A stretch of DNA of 64,000 nucleotides, from positions 12,697-76,696 of IMG/VR virus record IMGVR_UViG_3300050821_010655. The stretch is one strand, 5' to 3'. Both the position numbers and the translations under genes were made by a program. Position 1 is the first letter of the stretch. Each line of letters starts with the position of its first letter. Under the pieces are notes generated by a model. The model saw only the letters and a list, made by a program, of their open reading frames with translations, had not been told where the DNA came from and searched no databases. This document shows, piece after piece, positions 17,835-27,426 of this stretch. Source of the DNA: a virus.

Positions 17835-20023
17835 TAATGAAATGTAGCTACACTCATCGAACCGCTCGTGGCGTTGCGTGGTGTGCAAGAGGACGATGCG
17901 GGTCCGGTAGCACGCTGGAATGAATCACAGGTGGTCAGTGCGCTTGGCTGGACAGTCTCCCCCATGCTCTCTCCTGATGGGACGCTTACCAAAAGTCCGT
18001 TACCGGAATCCACCATCAGCCCGAACACAAGTTCATCAGTGAAGCTTGTTGCCGCTGTATTACCGCTGTTGAACGCCGTGGTGCTGCTCATGTTCGCCGT
18101 GTGGGTTTTGTCGAACGGCTGGTAGAGTGCGAACCCGGCATATTCGTGAATGGCATAATGGAGGTCACTGCTCGTTGCCCCACTGATACTCACGGTAACG
18201 GTGTTGGCTCCCGCCACGCTGTTGCTGGCATAATAAATCCACGAATCATCTGCTGCGAGGCCGGTGTCGGTGGGTGCCTGCGCCACTGTATAGGTATTGT
18301 GACTGTCGGTAACTGTGACCGTTCGACCATGCACACTACCTCCGGCAACTACGAGCAGGCTTGCGGCCCGGTTCGTGATTGGAAACTGAACAGACAAACT
18401 CGATACCGCAGACCCCGCCGCGATGTTCGTGCTTTGAACAAAGAACTTTGGAGACGCTTGAGCCGTCCCGCCGCTAGGAAGAAATCCGACCATGTAGAAC
18501 GACATATCCCCACGAGGGGCAGTCGGAAGTCCCTGGTAATAGTTCGCTATAATGATTGGGGACGTGTCAGGAGTAATGCAGTGCGACCATGAATTATTCT
18601 GGTCTGGGTTGGAGGGTCCGTCCCTGGATTCGTTTGTCCAGACCTCGCAGTCAAAGCGCATGTTCCCGCCGAGTATGTTGGAAGTCGTCATAAACACTTC
18701 CTGCGCTTGGTTCAGAACAAATTCACCCGCAACCGAAGGCGTGAACCAGTGAGGCAACGCAAGCCCGTTCGTGTATTGGCCATTATCGTTGATGACCTGC
18801 TGCACGCCGTAATCGAATGGATAAAGTGAAGCTCCAACAATGTCATAAGCCATGATGGTCATGTCGCCGTTTTGTCCTACCTGATTCGTAACGTAAAGGT
18901 TCGCGCTGGCTACCAAGTTGCTGGCATAAACACAACAGGTGTTCGCACCACCAGACTGGATATGAACGACTACAGGATGACCAGCGGCAAGCGTGTAAGT
19001 GTTCCCTTGAGTATCAGTAGCATTTGTGGGATAACAAAGTGAACCGCCCGCCTGACACCCGAGCACAAGCAGATTGCCCACAGTCGGGAATTGAGAAACG
19101 CAGATTCGTCCTGCTGGCACTAAGGGTCCAGGCCAAGACTGATGTGAGATTCCAGCAACATACATTCCCGCTGGTCGTCCTACGCCTTGGGCCGTGGCAC
19201 TGGCTTTGAGAGCAATCGTCGCTGCGATGTATCGGGTAGCGTTGACGGTGCAGGTCATCTGAGGATTGATTGCCGCTGTCGCGCTATCGATTCCCCACTG
19301 CAAAGCATGGCCATCGTTCACGTCAACCGTCGTCAACGCCCATGTAATGTTGGCTTGGCTACCGGCAGTCCAAAACGATTGAATGGTCGAGCCGGTTCCG
19401 TATCTAACACCCCACTCTAGAATCAAGTCACCCGTCTGAGTTGGCGTGATACTTCCGGCGCTAATAGTTCCGCTGGCCGCTGACGTGAACGTGTTCGTCA
19501 CATCCATTGGACTATAAGGGATGATATCGTTTGCTTCCAACGCAACAGCTACAATATTCGACATGATGACCGTGCCGTTCGTGACGTAGATAAAATGAGT
19601 TCCCGCAGTGATGTTCGTTGCCGCATACCACCAGATAGCCTGGTTCCCGGTCGCATCATATCCATAAGTTTGCTGGCGGTAAACATTTCCCACATCATCA
19701 CCTATCCCGGCCCACACAGCAGGAGAAGTGGTCCGAGCTGATATGCCCATGAGCGCGGTATTTCCAGTCTGAGTGGGACTTGGAAAGTTGAACCGGACAA
19801 TCCCATTGGCCATCAAGTTTGTCCCTTGACCACTCACAGAATTGGAAAGGGAAGAAAAGCTAGTGCGTTGGAGGATGCTTGGAACAACTGCGCCGCTTGC
19901 AGGGACGGCCATGTAAGGCACGTTTCCGAGCGTTTGCATGTTGGGCTGCGCTGAGCCTCCCACGGTCTGAGCCTTTGCCGTAAATCCAAAGACCAGAGCC
20001 GCAATAAAAATCAACATCCTCAT
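17834..20023 (-). CDS. secreted beta-rich repeat protein (fibre/adhesin-like)
   Basis: Signal MRMLIFIAALVFGFTAKAQ; three similar domains (T.GN.L......D..GN.Y). Confidence 0.7.
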   Translation of the reverse strand: MRMLIFIAALVFGFTAKAQTVGGSAQPNMQTLGNVPYMAVPASGAVVPSILQRTSFSSLSNSVSGQGTNLMANGIVRFNFPSPTQTGNTALMGISARTTSPAVWAGIGDDVGNVYRQQTYGYDATGNQAIWWYAATNITAGTHFIYVTNGTVIMSNIVAVALEANDIIPYSPMDVTNTFTSAASGTISAGSITPTQTGDLILEWGVRYGTGSTIQSFWTAGSQANITWALTTVDVNDGHALQWGIDSATAAINPQMTCTVNATRYIAATIALKASATAQGVGRPAGMYVAGISHQSWPGPLVPAGRICVSQFPTVGNLLVLGCQAGGSLCYPTNATDTQGNTYTLAAGHPVVVHIQSGGANTCCVYASNLVASANLYVTNQVGQNGDMTIMAYDIVGASLYPFDYGVQQVINDNGQYTNGLALPHWFTPSVAGEFVLNQAQEVFMTTSNILGGNMRFDCEVWTNESRDGPSNPDQNNSWSHCITPDTSPIIIANYYQGLPTAPRGDMSFYMVGFLPSGGTAQASPKFFVQSTNIAAGSAVSSLSVQFPITNRAASLLVVAGGSVHGRTVTVTDSHNTYTVAQAPTDTGLAADDSWIYYASNSVAGANTVTVSISGATSSDLHYAIHEYAGFALYQPFDKTHTANMSSTTAFNSGNTAATSFTDELVFGLMVDSGNGLLVSVPSGESMGETVQPSALTTCDSFQRATGPASSSCTPRNATSGSMSVATFH

Positions 20024-23000
20024 GGATAAGTCAAAGTCTGCCACATTCCATTGGTCGTCGGAATCGAGATTGAGGCGTTCAACAGCCACTCAATATTCGT
20101 CGAGGTCCAGTAGGGCGAGCCGCCCCAGCTAGCAACTTGGATGTAGCAGTCGTCACCTGGATTCGGAGTGCCCGCGAGAGTGAATCCTGCCGTCATGTGC
20201 CAGTTCGTGCTGCAAGTCCCCGTCGTAATCGGTAGATTATTTGTGAACGTCACGGCAGTCCCGAGAGCCGTTCCGGCTCGCGCTCCCGCGAATGACCATA
20301 CGTTTGTAACCTTTGTGCTGAAATTAGTTCCCGAGGCCACGCCGACGGCCCCGGTTATCGATCCGCCTGTCGCGTAGTTCGGAGGCATCTTGAACTCAAG
20401 AATTGCGTTGTTCGTTCCGCTCGTGGACATCTGCCAGCCGAGGAATGTAAGCCCGGCGCTTTGGAGAAGGTTGAAGGCGGTTCCGGGAGTGTTGGTGGTC
20501 CACGTCATTGGGAGCGTATCTCCGGGACGGATGGCGACTGCTTTCCAAGTGATAACGGCCACGCCTCCTGTCAAAGCCCCAGAGTTTAGGTTAGTTAAAT
20601 TTCCTCCGTTGAACAAAGGCGCACGAGTATCATTGTTGGTCAACACACCTCCAGGTAACGCTCCCTGAGGGATAGTTCCGATAAGATTAGCAGCTTGTGG
20701 AGGCCAAATCTGATTGGTGGATGCTGTGCCTGTAATAGGATTGGTTTCAACTAGCCAGAGTCCGTAGCTATTCGAGTTCCAAAATATCATACCACCATTC
20801 CCGAGATTGGCGTAGCTTGCCGTCACTGGGAATGTATTGGAAGCCAGAACACCAGATGGAGGCGTGTTCGTGAGATTGACCCCATTAACTCCTGAACCGA
20901 TAGTGCCACCAGCAGCCAGAGCGTTTGCGGTCGTGGCAGTGGTTGCTGTGGTTGCCGTAGTCGCCAAGTCGGCAACTCCTGCGGTCGGCCAGATTTTATT
21001 GGTGTATCCCAATCCAGTTAGTGCATTCGTGCCTATCAAATAGAGCGCGTATCCATTGGAGTTCCAGAAGATCACGCTGGCTGTCGAAAGATTCGCAAAG
21101 CTCGCCGTAATCGGCAGTGTATTGCTCGCCAGGATGTATCCGCTAGAAGCGTTGACTAAACCATTGGTAACGGTCACAGTGTTAGCGGTAGTCAGGTTCT
21201 CCACGATTAATCCATCCGCCACCTCCAAGGCAAAATCTCCGTTGGCGAATGCTTGTACATTCGTTGAGACAACGGCATTAGTTAAAGTCCCGCCCCAAAT
21301 GTTGGTTCCTCCTGGAACCATGAGTTGCCCGCCGAATAGAGTGGCAGTGTCTCCCGCCCCCGCTAAATTATTCGTGAACGTGTACGCGAATCCCGCAGGA
21401 ATCATGCCGGCAATGATGTTCGTGTAATCCGCCGCAAATCCGAGAGTGGACGATGTGACTCCGACGCTATTGGTCACCGCGCCCGGTATCCACAGGTTAA
21501 CGTCCGATTGACCGGATACATTCGATACGTGCAGGTCAACGTTGGCCTGGACGATGATCGGGGCTCCGTAGAAATTGGTGTACCATTGGCTTGATATAAA
21601 GTTGGTCTGAATCAGAAGTCCGTTCGTGAACCCCGTGGCGAAGTCGGTCAAGGCGTAGTTGATGCTGCCGTCAGCGTTATAGTTCGATGCAACGGAACCG
21701 CCGCTGGCAAAAGTAACGTAAACTTTTGTCAAATTCGACAAACCGGCACCGTAGTTAGTCGAGAGTAATTGCAGGCCAGGTGGTAGTGCTGCGGTGGGAA
21801 CCGTATTGCTTGCCAGGTTCGCGGCGCTGATTCGTACATTCCACAACGCGGACCCGTCGGAGGCCCCGATGCTAGCGCCCGCGAGCAGATTGTTCGCCCA
21901 AGCTATGTTCGTCGCGGTCTCGCTCCAGGCGTTGGTGCTTGCACCAATCCAAAACGTCGAGAAAGTGACGGCAGACGCCGGACATACAATGGAGGACACA
22001 CCGTTGGCTGTAATCGGAAAGCGCAACACACAATTCGTTGCCGCACCGTTTGTTACTATCAGCGTCACCTGCGCCGGGTAGGCCGCATTGATTGGCCCGT
22101 AATAATTCGTCACCTGCATGTCGTTGGTGGTGGAATACGTCTGGAGCGAGTTCGTGACCACCAGGTAATTAGTCGGACCATTGAACGGCTGCGCGATCAG
22201 GTAGAAGGCATTTGTCGTGAAGTGAACCGAGTCCGCCGCCGTCGCATAAACGTCCATATTCGTGGCTACGCTCAGCCCGTTCCCGCCAAAATCGGTAAGT
22301 GTACCATCGTGCCATAGCAGATAAGAACCGTCCGCGTTGGTGAAATAAATTCCAGTCGAGGTATCCCAGATAATTAGGTTCGTAAATGTCGGGCCGTAGT
22401 AAGTACTGCCCCCGGGAGTGACCCACGTTTGATCGCCGCGCAGGAAGGTGCTGGAAGTGGCGGAACCGCTGCCGAGGCGGGCGGTGGGAATCGTGTTGCT
22501 GGCGATATTCGCACCACTGATCCTGACATTCCAAAGCGCCGAACCGTCTGAGGCCCCGATCACCGCCCCCGCCGCTAAATTGCTGGCCCAGGCGATATTG
22601 GTCTGCGTCTCGCTCCAGGCGTTGGTGCTTGCGCCGAGCCAGAAGGTGCAGAAGGTGACCGAGGAAGCCGGACATAGTATGCTGGTCAAATTGTTGCCTG
22701 TGAGAGGAAACCTCAACGTGCAATTCGTCGCCGCGCCGTTCGTTATCCATAACGTCACCTGGCCCGGAATGGCCGCGCTGCCACCCACGTAGTTGGTGAT
22801 CTGCATGTCATTGGTCGTCGTATAGGTCTGCAACTCGTTGGTCACCGCCAACAGGTTCGTCGGCCCCGCCCAGGTCTGCGCGAGAGTGTATTGCTCGTTG
22901 GTGACGTAGCCAACCGCTGAGGCCACCGAGGATGCCGTCTGGATGGCGTTGGTGAGGATGTAGTTCGTGACGGTTCCAGCATAAGGGGCATACGTCGCCA

Positions 23001-26000
23001 CTCCGCCCTGATTCAACGTAGCTGTGATGGTGCGATCCGCATTGGTGATTGCCGAAGCCACTGCGCTCCCAAGGAAATACACCCCAGGCACGAACAGTGC
23101 CGGTGTCTGACCAGACAGGTTTGTGATCGTGCTCGATAAATAATTTGTGGAAATTTGATAGTCCTGTAGCGGTATATTTGTGGTGTGATTCCAATCGCCC
23201 CAGGTGTTCCAGAAATAACCGCCGCTCAGTCCCGGCACCTTGTCCGCGCTCGTCAGATTCTTATTCGCATCGTAGGCCGCTACCGTGCTAGCGCTGGCGA
23301 GTTGGTTGGTGAGTCCATTAGTGGTGACGCCGAAGTTGAAGGAGAGCAGAGAAAACACATCCAGGTTCGTGGCCGTGGTCAACCCGGTCCCGCCCACCAT
23401 CGTCCAAGTGCCGTCATGCCACAGAGCATAAGATCCGTCCGCGTTGGTGAAGTAGATCCCCGAGGCGGTGTCCCACACTATCAGGTTGGTAAACAGTGGA
23501 CCGTAGTAGGTCGGAAACAGCGTAATGACGTGGTTGTTTGTGGTCGCTCCGGTTTGGATGATGCCCTGAATCGCATTGGCCACAATCTGCCCGAGCGCGT
23601 TCGTGACCGTCGTGGACAGGTAGTTCGTTGAAATCTGCCAATCCTGCAAGGGGATATTGGTGAGATGATTCCAATCGCCCCAGGTGTTCCATAGTGCCGC
23701 CCCGCTGCCGTTCGACAGGTTTGTCAATGCCGTCGTTCCGAACTGCGCCTTCCAGAGAGAGGCCAGTGATTGTCCATCCGAGTTCGTTAGCCCAGCAGCG
23801 AGGCCGTTAAACTGTCCCCCGAACAGGGTTGTCACGTTGTTGCTGAATATGGCTTGCCCTCCGTTCGTGAGTGTGCCGGTAATCAAGCCCCAGCCTTGAA
23901 CCCAAAGATTGCTTACAATGGTCAGGTTCGTGACGTTGTAGGTCGTCAATATACCGCCGCACAGGATCGCGGAAGGCGAGTTCGCCGCCGTCACATTGGT
24001 TTCCGTGAGGCAGCCGTTCGCTATCGTCACAACGAGTCCGTCTGTATTCGTCTCGCCCCAGCCGCCCGGATATTCCCAAGACCAGTTCGTGTTCTGAGTG
24101 CTGCCTCGGGCAATGATGGAGTTTGTGAATGGAACTGCCGACCCGCTGGCCGTCGAAGAAATTACACCTCCAGCCGCAGTGATTGTGGTGCCGTCAACTT
24201 TAACCGCTCCGAATGCGCTGGACGTGGCCAGTGGCAATAATCCCGGAGATACGGTTCCGGTGGTGAGCGCGGAGGCGTTGAGGTTTGTCCCCTGTGACAG
24301 GTCAAAACTCCAAGCCCAATTCGTGTTTGAATCCTCGGTCATAAACGCCCCGGCCATCGGGTTATTCGGCCCACCCCAGGTTTTCACCCCGGAGTCCACC
24401 AGCGCATCGTAGTAGCCATGCCCATAGAAAGTGATGGAAGCATTATTGATGGCCGACGCCTGCTGAATGGTGGTGGCCCCACGGTTAGAACCCACCTTGA
24501 TGATTGTCCCAGCTACTTCCACCGCGCAACTTGGGGCGTTCGCAGCAGTGATGCCTTGGCACGTAAGCGACCCGTTCGTGGCGATGATTTCCCCACCCGT
24601 GACGTAGGTGTGACCCAGCTTCGTGTTGATCCCGCGCATGGTCTGTCCTAGAGCGCCAGCGTCGAGGTTCGTATTGTAGGCCGACACCAAGGAGCAATTC
24701 TCAACCCGCAGGATTGAGTTTGTGTTTGCGGAAGCAGAGAACCCGGTGGGCAGGATCGTGATGCAGTCAAATGAACTGAACATTTTGCAGTTGCGGAATG
24801 TCGCGTCAAACGCACCCTGCAATCCCGCCGCTCCCGCCCGGTAAATAATGTCGGAGTAGTTGGTGAAGAACACCCCGTCGAACAAGATGTTTGCTGTAGT
24901 CAGCACCTGCGGACAGTTCAGGTAAACCGGAAACGAGAAACCAGTATTTAATGTCGGCTGACCCCAAATCTCCCCACCCAGCATTGTAAAGTTTCCATCA
25001 ATACTCAGGAGCGTCTGGTGGGTGACATCGCCTACGTAATTTGTGAAGTACAAACGCGCTCCGTAAGCGAGGAAAATGTCATTGGACATTGTGATAAAAC
25101 CATTGGTGTTGATGTAGGTCGAGGCGTCGTAAATCTCACCCGGCGCAAATCGAGTCACCTGCGCCGTTCCGGGCACCCTCAGCGCCACCCACCGTGCCCA
25201 GGTCTTGATTGGGTGCTGGGAATCCGCCCCGTTCCAGGCATCGTTTCCGTTCGTCGCATCGAACCAGAGCGATGGAGATGACGATAGGAAAAAGTTGATA
25301 TTGGTGCCATAGAGATTGGTCAGGCCGGAGCCATCGCCGGTGAAACCTGGATGGCCCGAACCGGCATAATTAACAAAACCTGCATTCCATCCCTGTAGCA
25401 AACTTGGAGACGGACCCAAGACAAGTGTGGGAGTTACGCCAACCGATCCAACACTCAGGCTGATGGCATCTGTAGCAATGCCTGTATTCGTAATCGTAAC
25501 AGGACTGTCCGCTAAGGAGTTTGTCAAACGCGGATAGTTCAAATAAGTGTTTGTCGCACCTCCGTTTGCCATCTGCACAAATTGAGATTGATAAACAGAG
25601 TTGCTTTGGCTGGCTATGTTGGCCGACAAAATGTTGACCACGTTGGTATCGGTCTGGGCGCTGACAATATTGTTGGGCGCACTAAAAATCACCGTTGTAT
25701 TTGAACCCGCAACCAGCGGTACTCCGCCCCCTCCACCAGTGCTATTGATGGTCACTAGGTTTCCATTAGTGACCGCCACCACGTTGGTTCCCGCCGCCAC
25801 GCCCACTCCAGTTGTTCCTACTCGGGCATACCGACTATCCGTCACTGCCGCCGCCCACGCCACGCTGCCTGCCGGGAAGGTCGCCGCGCTGGAAGCCACC
25901 ATAATATCAGCCGCATTCACCACACCGGAAACCGTGTTGGTGACAAAAATCTTGAACTGCTCCTGCGCCCCGCCAAAGGGTGAGGCGCGGACGGTGATCA

Positions 26001-26265
26001 GGTAAAGGTAAGGTTGGGCGTTTGAGAAATAGTAAATGCCGTTGGAGTCGGTCAATCCCTGTACGGTTGCGCCCAGAACTACCGAAGGCGATTGCGCGTT
26101 GGGCACGCTCATAGCCTGCACCCAAATCACGCGATTGGTGTAGTAGGGGGCGGCTTGTAAGCGAGAGTCGGTTAAATTCACTGCCACCGTCGTTGTCGTT
26201 TGGGCGGTCGCCCCAAGACAGACTAACAAGACAAACAGGATTAAAAGTCTAATTAAAGTTTTCAT
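20020..26265 (-). CDS. giant Thr/Asn-rich fibre/adhesin-like protein with signal peptide
   Basis: Signal MKTLIRLLILFVLLVCLGATAQ; GNDAWNG...P.KT followed by a beta-helix region; internal duplications; tail-fibre position. Confidence 0.75.
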   Translation of the reverse strand: MKTLIRLLILFVLLVCLGATAQTTTTVAVNLTDSRLQAAPYYTNRVIWVQAMSVPNAQSPSVVLGATVQGLTDSNGIYYFSNAQPYLYLITVRASPFGGAQEQFKIFVTNTVSGVVNAADIMVASSAATFPAGSVAWAAAVTDSRYARVGTTGVGVAAGTNVVAVTNGNLVTINSTGGGGGVPLVAGSNTTVIFSAPNNIVSAQTDTNVVNILSANIASQSNSVYQSQFVQMANGGATNTYLNYPRLTNSLADSPVTITNTGIATDAISLSVGSVGVTPTLVLGPSPSLLQGWNAGFVNYAGSGHPGFTGDGSGLTNLYGTNINFFLSSSPSLWFDATNGNDAWNGADSQHPIKTWARWVALRVPGTAQVTRFAPGEIYDASTYINTNGFITMSNDIFLAYGARLYFTNYVGDVTHQTLLSIDGNFTMLGGEIWGQPTLNTGFSFPVYLNCPQVLTTANILFDGVFFTNYSDIIYRAGAAGLQGAFDATFRNCKMFSSFDCITILPTGFSASANTNSILRVENCSLVSAYNTNLDAGALGQTMRGINTKLGHTYVTGGEIIATNGSLTCQGITAANAPSCAVEVAGTIIKVGSNRGATTIQQASAINNASITFYGHGYYDALVDSGVKTWGGPNNPMAGAFMTEDSNTNWAWSFDLSQGTNLNASALTTGTVSPGLLPLATSSAFGAVKVDGTTITAAGGVISSTASGSAVPFTNSIIARGSTQNTNWSWEYPGGWGETNTDGLVVTIANGCLTETNVTAANSPSAILCGGILTTYNVTNLTIVSNLWVQGWGLITGTLTNGGQAIFSNNVTTLFGGQFNGLAAGLTNSDGQSLASLWKAQFGTTALTNLSNGSGAALWNTWGDWNHLTNIPLQDWQISTNYLSTTVTNALGQIVANAIQGIIQTGATTNNHVITLFPTYYGPLFTNLIVWDTASGIYFTNADGSYALWHDGTWTMVGGTGLTTATNLDVFSLLSFNFGVTTNGLTNQLASASTVAAYDANKNLTSADKVPGLSGGYFWNTWGDWNHTTNIPLQDYQISTNYLSSTITNLSGQTPALFVPGVYFLGSAVASAITNADRTITATLNQGGVATYAPYAGTVTNYILTNAIQTASSVASAVGYVTNEQYTLAQTWAGPTNLLAVTNELQTYTTTNDMQITNYVGGSAAIPGQVTLWITNGAATNCTLRFPLTGNNLTSILCPASSVTFCTFWLGASTNAWSETQTNIAWASNLAAGAVIGASDGSALWNVRISGANIASNTIPTARLGSGSATSSTFLRGDQTWVTPGGSTYYGPTFTNLIIWDTSTGIYFTNADGSYLLWHDGTLTDFGGNGLSVATNMDVYATAADSVHFTTNAFYLIAQPFNGPTNYLVVTNSLQTYSTTNDMQVTNYYGPINAAYPAQVTLIVTNGAATNCVLRFPITANGVSSIVCPASAVTFSTFWIGASTNAWSETATNIAWANNLLAGASIGASDGSALWNVRISAANLASNTVPTAALPPGLQLLSTNYGAGLSNLTKVYVTFASGGSVASNYNADGSINYALTDFATGFTNGLLIQTNFISSQWYTNFYGAPIIVQANVDLHVSNVSGQSDVNLWIPGAVTNSVGVTSSTLGFAADYTNIIAGMIPAGFAYTFTNNLAGAGDTATLFGGQLMVPGGTNIWGGTLTNAVVSTNVQAFANGDFALEVADGLIVENLTTANTVTVTNGLVNASSGYILASNTLPITASFANLSTASVIFWNSNGYALYLIGTNALTGLGYTNKIWPTAGVADLATTATTATTATTANALAAGGTIGSGVNGVNLTNTPPSGVLASNTFPVTASYANLGNGGMIFWNSNSYGLWLVETNPITGTASTNQIWPPQAANLIGTIPQGALPGGVLTNNDTRAPLFNGGNLTNLNSGALTGGVAVITWKAVAIRPGDTLPMTWTTNTPGTAFNLLQSAGLTFLGWQMSTSGTNNAILEFKMPPNYATGGSITGAVGVASGTNFSTKVTNVWSFAGARAGTALGTAVTFTNNLPITTGTCSTNWHMTAGFTLAGTPNPGDDCYIQVASWGGSPYWTSTNIEWLLNASISIPTTNGMWQTLTYP
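21790..23700 (-). repeat. interleaved internal duplications in the giant protein gene
   Basis: WNTWGDWNH.TNIPLQD.QISTNYLS x2; YYGP.FTNLI.WDT..GIYFTNADGSY.LWHDGT x2; ~130-aa GPTN...ASTNAWSET.TNIAWA...ASNT.PTA x2. Confidence 0.85.
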
Positions 26266-26599
26266 TTTCAATCGTGGGTTCCCACTTCAGCCATTTAGGT
26301 GGATGGTCGGGACACTGTTCGGTCGAGAGCATAATCTTATTCACGAGCCATCCCGAAGTCCGGCACCCGCATAAACTGCATCTTTTGTCCGACGGTCTAA
26401 ACTTGTCGCACTTTTCACAAACAGACCACCGCTCTGCCTGAACTTCTTTGGGGGCTAAAATAGGTCTGTCGCAAACCGCTTGTGCCACCGTTCGCCCAAA
26501 CGCCATCGTCACGCTCGCCGCCTGACGCGCCAAGGACGGCAGTGCCGGTTCAGGTCGAACAGGTCCACGGGACGGGAATGGGTTTATAATATTTGTCAT
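26249..26599 (-). CDS. Cys-rich small protein (DUF6171-like)
   Basis: R..VCEKC......RCSLCGC......K.....E.CP..PPKW. Confidence 0.7.
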   Translation of the reverse strand: MTNIINPFPSRGPVRPEPALPSLARQAASVTMAFGRTVAQAVCDRPILAPKEVQAERWSVCEKCDKFRPSDKRCSLCGCRTSGWLVNKIMLSTEQCPDHPPKWLKWEPTIENENFN

Positions 26600-27426
26600 C
26601 AAATTGTTTGGTAGACGGCTAATACCTCAGCCGGGGTAATGGAATTGATTTGAATGTCAGGGTGAACCACGGTTTTCATACCGGCAGGTACCCATTGCGG
26701 GTAAAGTTCGTTCCACAACGCCAAAGTAGGAATGCCCAAGGCATGTGCTAAATGTGAAATACCCGTCTCACTACCAATCAAGGCTCGACAGGCTTGCAGG
26801 GCGCTGGCAACCACGCTCAGGCTGGCGTTGCTCAACACCTTGGCGCTTCCGACAGGGAGTGCTTTGTAGAGGCGCGAGGCGGATAAGAAATCAACTCGCC
26901 CCTCGATCAACAACAACTTCACGCTTTTAACCAGTTCCTTGCACACCTCCAGCCACCTTTCAACAAACCAGTTCTTGCCAAGTTCACCCGTGGCATGGAT
27001 CGCCACATAACCGTTATACTCGGGGTTGGGCGTCACCCTGAAACTTGGGGTGTAATTCACGGTAGGCACGCTCAAGGAACTCAGGTGTTGCAACCGCTGG
27101 AGTCCGGGTGGAACGGCGCTGGCTAGATCAAGGACGCTGTTGACGGTGCTTGCCGCGCCATTCACGTTGGAAGTCTGGAAACCGCAGTTGATCCCAAGAT
27201 CGTAGCCTGAAGAATCGGAGTAGATGATGGGCGATTCGCTGGTTCTCATCCGTCCATTCCACGCGCAGTCGCTCACCAGATTTGCGTCTTTCAAGAACTG
27301 GCTGTATTCAAAATCAACGTAACTGTGAATCACTGCCGTTGGGTAGAGCACGCGCAGGGCTTGGAGCATGGGCGATGCGATGATCAGGTCGCCCAAGGTC
27401 TGGTTTTGGCAAAAGGCGATTTTCAT
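26599..27426 (-). CDS. glycosyltransferase family 9 (heptosyltransferase-like)
   Basis: LGDLII.SP.L.ALR..YP.A.I; IGSETGISHLAHALGIPTLALW. Confidence 0.85.
   Translation of the reverse strand: MKIAFCQNQTLGDLIIASPMLQALRVLYPTAVIHSYVDFEYSQFLKDANLVSDCAWNGRMRTSESPIIYSDSSGYDLGINCGFQTSNVNGAASTVNSVLDLASAVPPGLQRLQHLSSLSVPTVNYTPSFRVTPNPEYNGYVAIHATGELGKNWFVERWLEVCKELVKSVKLLLIEGRVDFLSASRLYKALPVGSAKVLSNASLSVVASALQACRALIGSETGISHLAHALGIPTLALWNELYPQWVPAGMKTVVHPDIQINSITPAEVLAVYQTI

Noticed and set aside
21790-23700. DGR template/variable repeat pair
   Set aside because: Both copies are in-frame coding, differences do not appear confined to adenines, and no reverse transcriptase is present in the window.
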